Of a stretch of DNA of 59,493 nt, positions 1 to 9,849 are shown piece by piece; within the stretch, counting starts at the first letter, position 1, and every line of letters begins with the position of its first letter. The stretch lies in contig JAUCBJ010003235.1 of assembly GCA_032718475.1 (NCBI GenBank), positions 1 to 59,493 of the forward strand, given 5' to 3'. The notes under the pieces were generated by a model that was given only the letters and a program-made list of their open reading frames with translations, had not been told where the DNA came from and made no database searches. Source of the DNA: Nemertoderma westbladi. Its lineage: Eukaryota > Animalia > Xenacoelomorpha. The translations under genes were made by a program, and so were the position numbers.

Positions 1-3000
1 GATTTGCCAAACAGCGAATTATTGAGCAATTTCGCGACAGCTGTTTCAATATAACTTTTTGCCAGTCGCCTTTGATTAATATTAAAATCGATGTAATTTT
101 TAAATACAAATTCTTGTTGAAAAGAATATAATTTATGTAGTTTAGTAACAATTAATCCATGTTTTATATAAAATTTTAACAGTTTCAAATGTAAATGATA
201 AAACTCTTTATCAAATTGTGTCAGCATGAGTTTTGGTATAGACATTCTATATTTACGGGAGGTATCTCTTTGTATCGACAAGTTATTAAATTGTTCCCGC
301 ATATAAGGTGAAAGCATTGATTCATTTATACTTAAATGCTCGGGGGCTAACGGTAATTGTAATGTTTGATCGTGAATAGCCTTGGGATAATTTAAATCAC
401 ATATTAAAAAATATCCAGTAGATCCCTCAATGTCTAAATCTACCAAGTACTCGATTAGTTTTTCTGGTATTGCATTCTCTAAATGTTTAATACTTACTTC
501 TTTGAATTGTGAGGTGGGTAGTTTTTTACTTAAATTCCCAGAATATAAAGAGTTGAAATCAATATTAAAAATATGGCATTCTTCCTTAGTAGAATCATAT
601 GTACTTGTACCTGGTATATTTGATTCTATATAATGTTTTCGACAAAATGAAACACCACCCCTAATTGATTTTTCAAAATCTCTATATGTCTGATAATCCT
701 TTATTAATTCTATTTTACATTTATTATATTTTAGCGCGCAATCATAGGTAAATGACGCGATACTGCAGTAAAAAACCGCTTCTAAATCGTAATTTTGTTT
801 ACAAACATTCCTAAAATTCTCAAATATATCGGCAAGCAAACAAACATCGAGTTTTAAATAGGCTAAAAGATAATCTTTGAGATTCACACAGTCGAATTCT
901 ACCCATGATATTCCCGCAAACCTATAATCTTCAATTGTGCATGTTTTTTGACTTAAGTTACTAAAAAAATTATTTATAGACGGCAAACCAGTATCATTAA
1001 ATTTATTTATATCTGTCAAGTACTCGTATGGAAATACTCCTTTCCGTTTAATCGTTGAGTTATTCAAGTTTGGATAAAAATATTTCATTTCTTGTAGAGT
1101 AATAGGTAAAATTGAGCTTATATCATGACTGGCTACATCCTTTGTTGAACACTCAACTAAATTACTTAAAGAAAAGCTTAAAAATTGATATGTGTCTAAG
1201 AAACGTAACTCAATTTTCTTAGAAGTGTTTTTAATTGGGATAAAGGCACTCAGTGAAATATATCGTTCTGTATTTCTCGGTATAACCTTTATATCCCAAT
1301 CAGTGTATTTCTTATCTCTAAATCCGCTTTGTAATATACAATGTATATCATAGTTGTTGGAATTGTGTCCGCAAAGTACATACAGGTATCGCTTCAATGA
1401 TAAACTTCGGTTACAACTATTACAGGCTGCCGCAATATATTTACCTGTAATATGTGAATGGTGTCTGTTTTTCCCAACATTATTATTTAAAGTAACATTA
1501 CAATAAAAACAAAATTTTGCTTGTTCAAAATTTACAAAATCAATATTAGTAAATGACATGGTTTTATGAGTGTATATGTCTGTCCAACAACATAATTCAG
1601 TTAAATCAAAATATAATGAATCTAAGAAATCTTGAATACAATTATTATTATTTGTCTTTACAAATGTTTTCAAATGACATTTTGGAGCATCAATTAATTC
1701 AGTATTGGGAACAATTAAATAACTCACAGCACACGGTATATGCTCCTGTATAATTTGATTATTAACTGACGGTTGTAAGATACATTCTATATCAAAGTAG
1801 GTGACAAACAATGGGGATAAGGTTCTATCTAAATTTGTAAAACTAATGTGTGTTCTTTTTTTATTAGGTAGTTTCTCACGCTGACTTCTTCCTTGGTAGC
1901 ATGCAAGACGGTGTTGATGAAGAACTTCCGCTCGAAAAAAATGAGCCAAACACCTTTCGCAATATTTCCTATTTTGGATATGAAGAGCTTTCGTATTCAG
2001 CAATCGATTCAAGTTAGTTATGCAAACATAATGATTCTGTTTAGGTACATTGTTATTTTTTACTACAAGTAATATATTTAATAACTGTTTATCAGGTGTA
2101 ATTTTACTAAACGGGGGTTGTCTTAATATAGATACGGGGGTGCGTTTGTTGTCGTTATTCCAACATAATAAATTAATTATATATTTTGAATTTTGTTTTT
2201 CAAAAAGTTTAATAGCTAACTGCCACTGCGTTGGATAATCTTTGTTCCCATTGTCAAAAATGAAATGACTCATATAATTTTTGTACGATGAAGTACGATA
2301 TTTGTGATCTTTCACTTTGCTACTAAATTTTGCGGATATAATTGCCCATTTAAAACAGTTATTATCAGCCGATTGTACATTTATAACACATCGTTTAACT
2401 GATAAAGCCTTAGGTAATTCCATATATCCATGCCCCTTATATAGTAACGAGCTACACTTAGATTCAGCTAATTTAATTTCAACCCTTAATAAAGATTTAA
2501 TACGCCACCCCGAACCACGTGTGTTAAAGATGGCTATTTTTTGTAATATATTTTCCAGAACATACTCAAACCATGTGTCAAAACTTTGCGGCGAATCTAC
2601 AGTATTAATAGCACCACCGGAAGAATTAAAATAAAAGGTTTCCAATTGCTCACCTTCTGAAAAATGTGATCTGTACATTAATTCATTTAGACCTAACCAC
2701 AGTCTAAGAACATTCATTTCTTTCAATCTGTCTAATATTAACTGAAGAATATTACCTCGAATTTGTGTTACTGCTGTTTCTACATCGGGATAATCTCTAG
2801 AAGTTGGGAGGTCGTGGACATAAATTTCAAGACGATTATCGTGAGCTTCTTGTTCCCGCGTAAAAATTGTTGCGCATGTGCCAAGAGCCACCCTTAAGTT
2901 TTTTTTGGATATTATATTTTTACGTTGCGGAAATGTACGCTTTCTTGTGTAGTAACATTTCAAGTGACAATCGTGTCGTAGATAATCGTCATATGTATAC

Positions 3001-3218
3001 TCTTTATTACAGGTAGAACAAGTCAATTGATAGGTGCGGAACTGCATTTCTTTACAACCAGTAGTCGTTTCATGTCGTTTACAAATTTCGCTGCATGAAG
3101 TCACGACATGACACTTTAAACAAGAATAACTTTCAAAATGTGACCGTAGGTGGCGTAAATAATTATGTCTAGTTACATTCATATGACAGAATGAACAACA
3201 TATTGTTATTTTATCCAT
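1..3218 (-). CDS. polB: Protein-primed family B DNA polymerase (pPolB) of a Polinton/Maverick/adintovirus-like element; 3'-partial, runs off the window
   Basis: Manual translation from ATG 3218 gives no stop down to base 1 (1072 codons). Motifs in order: N-terminal C2H2 finger CSFC..RHLRSH, RGSGW, DNNCFKWAI, HYVCI, ExoI YFDIEC, CFYC..HITGKY..ACNSCN, ExoII HNSNNYD, RFLDTYQF, KGVFPYEY, ExoIII YLKLDVCLLADIFENFR, IRGG, Pol motif A DFNSLY, motif B KLLNNSLFGK. Confidence 0.95.
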   Translation of the reverse strand, partial: MDKITICCSFCHMNVTRHNYLRHLRSHFESYSCLKCHVVTSCSEICKRHETTTGCKEMQFRTYQLTCSTCNKEYTYDDYLRHDCHLKCYYTRKRTFPQRKNIISKKNLRVALGTCATIFTREQEAHDNRLEIYVHDLPTSRDYPDVETAVTQIRGNILQLILDRLKEMNVLRLWLGLNELMYRSHFSEGEQLETFYFNSSGGAINTVDSPQSFDTWFEYVLENILQKIAIFNTRGSGWRIKSLLRVEIKLAESKCSSLLYKGHGYMELPKALSVKRCVINVQSADNNCFKWAIISAKFSSKVKDHKYRTSSYKNYMSHFIFDNGNKDYPTQWQLAIKLFEKQNSKYIINLLCWNNDNKRTPVSILRQPPFSKITPDKQLLNILLVVKNNNVPKQNHYVCITNLNRLLNTKALHIQNRKYCERCLAHFFRAEVLHQHRLACYQGRSQREKLPNKKRTHISFTNLDRTLSPLFVTYFDIECILQPSVNNQIIQEHIPCAVSYLIVPNTELIDAPKCHLKTFVKTNNNNCIQDFLDSLYFDLTELCCWTDIYTHKTMSFTNIDFVNFEQAKFCFYCNVTLNNNVGKNRHHSHITGKYIAAACNSCNRSLSLKRYLYVLCGHNSNNYDIHCILQSGFRDKKYTDWDIKVIPRNTERYISLSAFIPIKNTSKKIELRFLDTYQFLSFSLSNLVECSTKDVASHDISSILPITLQEMKYFYPNLNNSTIKRKGVFPYEYLTDINKFNDTGLPSINNFFSNLSQKTCTIEDYRFAGISWVEFDCVNLKDYLLAYLKLDVCLLADIFENFRNVCKQNYDLEAVFYCSIASFTYDCALKYNKCKIELIKDYQTYRDFEKSIRGGVSFCRKHYIESNIPGTSTYDSTKEECHIFNIDFNSLYSGNLSKKLPTSQFKEVSIKHLENAIPEKLIEYLVDLDIEGSTGYFLICDLNYPKAIHDQTLQLPLAPEHLSINESMLSPYMREQFNNLSIQRDTSRKYRMSIPKLMLTQFDKEFYHLHLKLLKFYIKHGLIVTKLHKLYSFQQEFVFKNYIDFNINQRRLAKSYIETAVAKLLNNSLFGK

Positions 3219-3401
3219 GTTGAAGTTTGTTTAGATAAATAATAATAATAATAAAATATCTCCAAAGATTAAAATAAAATGAAATGAAATGTTATTGACT
3301 ACATCTAAACATTTATATGCTAGCGAGGGAAATAATTTTAAATCAATCACCAAACACATATGACTATTGGAAACCGCAAAGAGTTTAACTTATGATTAGG
3401 C

Positions 3402-4466
3402 TTACATGTTAGGATAATAATCTGGTTTCCATGGAGAATTAGTAACAGGCTCTACTAGAACTGGGTTACTGACGACTTTCTGTTTCTTTGCAGGTGATGC
3501 GTTGGTAAATTTACTCGATGATCTTGGCTTCCGAGGTAATATTTCAGGAAAGACCTGTTGCGGTTGAGTGCAACTCTCTTCAACATCCGGATTAGGTGAT
3601 GGGATCTCTACGAACGCTTTAGGTTTATCCAAAAGGACAAAACCGTCAACATGGGCTTCAGTAAGAGAAACGCCATCCAGCGATTCTTTGAGAAAACTAA
3701 TATGGGCTTTATCATTCAAGTAATGCAACTCGATAGAATTTCCGCCGACACCTACTTCAGTAGAATTATCGGTGTTGGTGATAATAATTTTTTTATTATT
3801 GGTTTTAATCATTTTGAGACGGTCTGATAATTGAATGATATTTTTATCAAAAAGATGCTTGTCTGTTTCATCGACTTGGTTGTCCCACTCTCGCAACAAA
3901 ACGGTTAGTTCCTGTTTTGACAAATTGAAACCCGTATAATAGTTAAAACCAACACTATCAGTGTATCTGAGGCTGATTTTCCATAAGCCAACATAGTTGG
4001 TTCCTTTAAAAGCTGTTACAAATCCAATAAACTCTGGATTTGATAATTCAATGTAGAATTGATCGCTAATAATCTCTAGCGGTGGAGAGAGAAATTGCAA
4101 TAATTTCCCTCTGTATTGAATTAGAACTTCAGTAAAAGCTTTATTGAGAACTTTACATTTGCCTTGTTTCTGAACGTAAACATCACCCGATGTGGGGTTG
4201 ATGGAAATATTCAAATTTCCCCGCGCAAAACGAAGAGTGGGATATATCCTACCTGGTATAATTGCTGGTCTGGATTGATGTTGGTTGTTGTTGGTTGTTT
4301 CTAGAATGTCTAACAAATAGCGGGTATCTTGATGGGAAAAACAAATTGATTCGTTGTCCTCCTGAGATTCCACAATAAAATACTTGCTGTGAACGACGGT
4401 ACAAGTATATTTATTGTAAGTAAATTTCCAGCTATTTGCTGCTCCGGTTTTTTGCGTTAAGGCCAT
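3402..4466 (-). CDS. Polinton accessory protein, 354 aa, with a PC4-like (ssDNA-binding) segment and C-terminal NLS-like motif
   Basis: Intact ORF directly upstream of and co-oriented with polB. VTAFKGTNYVGLWK...TGFNLSKQELTVL resembles the PC4 pattern (V..FKG...I.IR....G+.L...+...L). Basic motif PAKKQKV near the C-terminus. Confidence 0.6.
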   Translation of the reverse strand: MALTQKTGAANSWKFTYNKYTCTVVHSKYFIVESQEDNESICFSHQDTRYLLDILETTNNNQHQSRPAIIPGRIYPTLRFARGNLNISINPTSGDVYVQKQGKCKVLNKAFTEVLIQYRGKLLQFLSPPLEIISDQFYIELSNPEFIGFVTAFKGTNYVGLWKISLRYTDSVGFNYYTGFNLSKQELTVLLREWDNQVDETDKHLFDKNIIQLSDRLKMIKTNNKKIIITNTDNSTEVGVGGNSIELHYLNDKAHISFLKESLDGVSLTEAHVDGFVLLDKPKAFVEIPSPNPDVEESCTQPQQVFPEILPRKPRSSSKFTNASPAKKQKVVSNPVLVEPVTNSPWKPDYYPNM

Positions 4467-4567
4467 AATAATAATAATAATAATAAATACGAAAAATATT
4501 ACAAGTGATAAATTTTAAACCGTATCGCTGTAATAAATTGACACCATAGTTCTCACTCTAAAATTGA

Positions 4568-4731
4568 GTTGGTCGGAAAACGACTCCAGAGAAAAATGAT
4601 GCTGAGTTCGACATTAGGTATCGACTCAAAAACAAAAATTGAGTGAGACACATAGCTCAGATTTTCGTTTTTAGGTCGATACCCAATGCTGGAATCAGTA
4701 TCATTTTATGCGGTGTCGTTTTCCGACCAAC
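4568..4731. repeat. Imperfect inverted repeat (164-bp hairpin)
   Basis: GTTGGTCGGAAAACGAC (4568) pairs exactly with GTCGTTTTCCGACCAAC (ends 4731); pairing continues inward with mismatches to a loop near 4645-4655. Confidence 0.85.
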
Positions 4732-5627
4732 GAATATACAACGAGTAAGATAATGTATAAATTATTAAGGAAATAACACAATGTCAGAGTGAGAGCAAAA
4801 AAATTAGATATGGTATCAATATATTACCATGAAGAAGATTACAAGTGATGAATTTTATTAAAAACATTCACTTATATATATAAAAATTTGCGATGTGGCA
4901 TAGTCAACGAAGAAGAGATGGTTCGTGTCATAATCATCGATGAATAAGAAAAGAGATGGAGTGCAACGTGGATGAATGGTTGTTTGCATGGATAGGAAAT
5001 ACGTGAAAGAATATGAATCATAGGGTTGTGTGTGTAATAATCAATAATTATTATAATAAAAAACGCACAGTATAATGTTAGCGGTGGAAGCCTTTCAATA
5101 TGGCACAGATGCTGCGGGATCGGTTAGCTTGAGTAACTACTATGGAAATGTTGTTCGTATACGTGTAGCTGGAACGTGGCGGAATTTCAACACGTATCAT
5201 AATAGCGTTGGACTACTGGTAGGCAGGCGGCTTGGTTGGTTGGATTGATTGGTTTGGCGACAGCCGTCGAGGAGTAGCCGTGGCTAGCGGTGGTGGTGAG
5301 TTGGCAATCGATATATAATATAATAGCGTAGTGGGGGCTAGCCATGCATCGCGAAGTTAGGTTACGCGAAGATGAATATGCGATGGTTGGTTGATGCAAC
5401 AACGCGAATCAATACTCACGGGTGGTAACAGTTGTCGAGTAAGGCAGGCATCGCGAGGTTAGGCTACGCGTAGGTGATAAGCAACGATTGGTTGAAGGCA
5501 ACAATACTGTTGGTGACAGATTGTCATTAAACATCGCGATTTAGCACCTTTTTAATAGCCCTCCGAGATGCAGCCCGTAGCCCAAGCTAGGGAGGAGTTG
5601 TGTGAGATCTATGCTTCTCCTACTACT

Positions 5628-6290
5628 AGTAGCCAGTAGTTGTAGTAGTCAGTAGCCAGTAGTTGTAGTAGTCAGTAGCCAGTAGTTGTAGTAGTCAGTA
5701 GCCAGTAGTTGTAGTAGCCAGTAGTTGTAGTAGTCAGTAGCCAGTAGTTGTAGTAGTCAGTAGCCAGTAGTTGTAGTAGCCAGTAGTTCTAGTAGTCAGT
5801 AGCCAGTAGTTGTAGTAGTCAGTAGCCAGTAGTTGTAGTAGTCAGTAGCCAGTAGTTGTAGTAGTCAGTAGCCAGTAGTTGTAGTAGCCAGTAGTTCTAG
5901 TAGTCAGTAGCCAGTAGTTGTAGTAGTCAGTAGCCAGTAGTTGTAGTAGCCAGTAGTTGTAGTAGCCAGTAGTTCTAGTAGTCAGTAGCCAGTAGTTGTA
6001 GTAGTCAGTAGCCAGTAGTTGTAGTAGCCAGTAGTTGTAGTAGTCAGTAGCCAGTAGTTGTAGTAGTCAGTAGCCAGTAGTTGTAGTAGTCAGTAGCCAG
6101 TAGTTGTAGTAGCCAGTAGTTCTAGTAGTCAGTAGCCAGTAGTTGTAGTAGTCAGTAGCCAGTAGTTGTAGTAGTCAGTAGCCAGTAGTTGTAGTAGTCA
6201 GTAGCCAGTAGTTGTAGTAGCCAGTAGTTGTAGTAGTCAGTAGCCAGTAGTTGTAGTAGCCAGTAGTTGTAGTAGTCAGTAGCCAGTAGC
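5628..6290. repeat. Minisatellite of 23-bp and 16-bp units (AGTAGCC-AGTAGTTGT-[AGTAGTC])
   Basis: Direct reading; every subunit starts with AGTAG. Confidence 0.95.
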
Positions 6291-6334
6291 TTTTTTTTCT
6301 TACAGTTATCAAGTCTTACGACTTGCTAACCAAT

Positions 6335-6387
6335 TCTCTGGATGGCACATTCACTAGAATGCTACGTCGGGTCCATGGTATCAAGTA
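6335..6387 (+). mobile_element. Short fragment of the RTE-like LINE family seen at 7760 and 54658
   Basis: TCTCTGGATGGCACATTCAC.AGAATGCTACG.CGGGT matches about 8876-8927 and 55583-55634. Confidence 0.75.
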
Positions 6388-6459
6388 TTATATTACTATG
6401 CTCCAGTTATAATATGTGTGACGCAATAAGTTAATGGTTATTGATATGTTTGTTTGCAG

Positions 6460-6594
6460 TTATTAAGTCGCAGACCCTCTGTTGAATTCCCCCCCTTCTT
6501 ATTCCACGCTTTGGTTCTTGGTATCGTCTGCTCTCTCATTGGTCCATTTGGTGGCTTCTTTGCCAGCGGTTTTAAACGAGCATTTAAAATAAAG
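6460..6594 (+). CDS. CDS: CDP-diacylglycerol synthase (phosphatidate cytidylyltransferase), internal exon
   Basis: tttgcag acceptor and gtaggt donor; encodes [45 protein letters not shown], containing the hallmark of animal CDS1/2. Confidence 0.93.
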
Positions 6595-6927
6595 GTAGGT
6601 TAATAGTAGCTGTAAGTTTCTGGATGACGACCTAAAGATGGATGCATTAAATTATCGTAGTAGCTCTATGTTTGTTCTTATTTTCTTAAACTTAACTAAT
6701 AAAAAGGTGCGGTTTGTTTTTGGCACAAACAAACATAACATTTAAGTAAAAATGCATGATTTTGTTTACTGTAATAATACTAATAATAAACCAAGTAAAT
6801 ACTCCAACTTGTGTAATATTACAATGAGAATGGGAGCTCCAACAAGGATTGTTCTTATAGATACGAGACTGTAATCTTATATGGTTATTGATTATGCTGA
6901 TGGTTGACCCCCATTTTATATTTGTAG

Positions 6928-7031
6928 GATTTCGCAGACACTCTACCTGGCCACGGCGGCTTTATGGATCGTTTCGACTGTCAGTATCTTATCGCTACAT
7001 TCGTTAATGTGTACTATTCCAGCTTTATTCG
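6928..7031 (+). CDS. CDS: CDP-diacylglycerol synthase, penultimate exon
   Basis: tgtag acceptor, gtaggt donor (phase 2); [35 protein letters not shown] is the cytidylyltransferase signature. Confidence 0.95.
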
Positions 7032-7567
7032 GTAGGTGGCGCTTCATTATTTAAAGTGCTACAATGTCTCAGTCGGTAGGTGGCGCTACATTATTTAATA
7101 TCATACGTGCATGTTTTAGTTGGTAGGTGGCCATTTAAACTGCCTCACCCTAGAAATTACAAATTTACAAATTTACAAATTATAAAACACTGATCTTGTG
7201 CACTGTAGTAATAGACGGAAGAATGGCATTGGCTGATCACATCACCATGGTTCAATATCAATACCCAGAAACACTCTGTGAGACACAGTATCTTAGCCAC
7301 GCGATGTTCTCATAAGAAAGCCGGCGGAGGAAATAGATTAATTTGCCACCATATTTGTTGAAATAAAGAGGTTGCCATTGGTACAAGGTTGTGTGAACGA
7401 ACTTCAGGGCGCTAGCAATAATTGGCTTGCTTTAGGTGGCGGTATGCAAGGTAGAGCTGGGTTTTGGCAATTAGACGCCATCATAAATATTGTTTACCTT
7501 AATAATTGCTTATAGCTGCTGTGTGGCATATAGCCTGGTCACAGACGTAACATCACTACACCCCGGC

Positions 7568-7733
7568 GGAATATAGTGTCGTTATTCAGTGTACAGGTAC
7601 CTGCCCCCCCCCCCCCCCCCCCCCCACCCAAAAATAAAATTTCTACATATCTTAATGTGATTTGCATGAAATTTGAAACAGAGATAGTTTCACCTCCCGA
7701 CCACTGACTGGGTGAGCCAGAACTTTTATTTTT
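7568..7733 (+). repeat. Dispersed repeat, copy 1 (inverted copy at 17041-17186)
   Basis: ATATAGTGTCGTTATTCAG, poly-C, TTGCATGAAATTTGAAACAGAG and CTGGGTGAGCCAGAA all recur as reverse complements near 17.1 kb. Confidence 0.8.
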
Positions 7734-7759
7734 GCAGGGTATTGCCTGATAACTTTATA

Positions 7760-9175
7760 GAAGTAAAAGTGTCTGAGTCTGTACTCCCAGATATTCCCAT
7801 TGGCGATATCTCCTTTGCAGAAGTGAAGGCTGCTGCAAAGAGCATTAAGACCAATCGTGCCAATGGAGTAGATGGTGTTCCCCCTGAGGTCTTTAAAATA
7901 CCTGAGTGTTTAAAGCTCATCTATCCCATCATAGTAGACATGTACCGAACAACAAGAGTCCCACAAGAAATGAAAACAAATAAGTTGGTGCCAGTTCCCA
8001 AGAAGGGCAACCTAACACTCTATGGTTCTTTTCGGGGAATCTCATTGATCTCGATTGCTGCAAAGCTATACAATAGGATTCTATTAAATCGCATCAGGGA
8101 TCCCATTGAGAGACTGCTCCGTGGAAATCAGAATGGGTTCCGTAAAGGTCGTGGGACCATGGCGCCCATTTTGGCACTTTCATTATATGGGATTCCTGAT
8201 TAAATTATTGCAGCAATCAGATCAGTATACGATGGTTCGACAACATTTGTGTCTACTGTTGATGGTGACACAGAACCATTTGAAGTGTTATGGGGCGTCC
8301 TCCAGGGAGACACACTTGCACCATTCTTGTTCATAATTGTGGTTGACTATGTTCTACAGCTATGTCCTTAGATCATCATAATGATGATGGGGTGATGATA
8401 ACTCCACCTACTGGCTCCAGAAGTCGAGGAAATCCTGCCAAGTACCTAACTGATCTAGACTTTGCTGATGACTTAGGAGTACTCTCAGAATCACTTGAAG
8501 GAGCTCAACGGCTCCTCAGCTCATTAGAACATGCTGCTTCTAGTGTTGGTCTTTTTATTAACTCCAGAAAGACCAAAATTTTGACAGTTAACTTAGAAAG
8601 TTCTCAGCAAGTCTCTGATCGGATGAGCATAAGCTCAAAGGATGGTATGCTTGAGCATGTGGACGACTTCTGTTACCTGGGATCATGGATCCGGAAGTCA
8701 GGTGAGGACCTTCGAATACGTAAGGGAAAGGCATGGGCAGCCTTGAATAGGCTTTCCAGGATTTGGAAGTCACCGAGAATTAATCGGAAACAAGGTCCGA
8801 TTATTTAGAGCAGCAGTAGTTCCAGTACTCCTCTATGGGAGTCCATGCTGGGCTCTAACTGCTGAGGACACCAAATCTCTGGATGGCACATTCACAAGAA
8901 TGCTACGCCGGGTTCATTGTGTCAAGTACAATGCACACATCTCCAACCAGACACTATATAACATTGGAGGTGTCTCATTGGTTCCCCCAAGCTTGACACT
9001 AGAACAAAATCGCCTCCGCTTTGCAGGACATTGCTTTCGCCGTGAGGACCAGCCAGTGCATAATCTTGTACTTTGGCAGCCTCATGGAGTGAATACGCAT
9101 GGTGAACAGCCCATGAATATTTTGAGACGCATCTTAAAGGACACTGGCCTTGAAGATGCGGATGATCTACCAAAT
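7760..9175 (+). pseudogene. Degenerate RTE-clade non-LTR retrotransposon reverse transcriptase, copy 1, in the last CDS intron
   Basis: VPVPKKG, RGISL, NQNGFRKGR, QGDTLAP, DLDFADD, FCYLGS, LRFAGH. Has a stop at 8201, frameshifts, and a 114-bp deletion relative to copy 2. Confidence 0.9.
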
Positions 9176-9849
9176 GGGCCACAATCTCGGGTACCAGAGG
9201 CAAATTAACTTGTTAAATTCGGCAACGGAAAAGCAAAATCATTGCATATTCAATGAATAATTTATTGTAAACATACTAAGAGTTATCTTACCGCCCTTTG
9301 CTCTAATACTTGAGAAATGGATTTAAATTTATTTGGAACCAAAAATAGTGACATTCCAGTACATTCAAATGACATAAAATAATTATATATTAATATGAAG
9401 AAGGCGCACTATTAAAAATAACAAAAGTAACAAATGCTGTGGGACACCCTGTGGCCTGTACTTTGCGTTGGGAAATTAATTTTGAGTGTAAAATAGAATT
9501 GATAATAAATTACTTTCTGTTGGTCTGATTAACATTTACTTACCACCCTCAGCGCTACTTCGCCGCAGAAGCTATGGCAACAGTTGCTACGGCAACCCAC
9601 AGAAAGTCAGCTGTTTATATACAATAAACTCGAAGAACACCTTCGTGTGAGGGGACTTACATGACGTCACGGATTATTTACCTAGGACATCACTCTTTGT
9701 TGCCTAGTAACATAATGGGTATGGTGGATACTCGACAAATCATTGGTTGTTTACATTTACTTTCACTTTATACTGAACAATTTTTTGATTTAAATACTAA
9801 TAATCATTTGGCTTATATGCTTTATATGCCATACATTAAACCTCCACTT

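Larger units (their letters stand above)
1..5627 (-). mobile_element. Polinton/Maverick-like element (endogenous dsDNA virus), terminal portion
   Basis: pPolB plus accessory ORF, both intronless, followed by ~1.1 kb non-coding terminal region ending ...CTCCTACTACT (reads AGTAGTAGG on minus), matching the AG/AGTAGT-type termini known for Polintons. The other end, integrase and capsid genes are outside the window. Confidence 0.8.

Noticed and set aside
430-2634. Short plus-strand ORFs in the first 2.7 kb
   Set aside because: Antisense shadows of the polB gene.
9571-9596. Tandem RFX X-box-like motifs (GCTATGGCAAC, GTTGCTACGGCAAC)
   Set aside because: Deep in a repeat-rich intron with no promoter context; a similar motif occurs inside the dispersed element near 49892.
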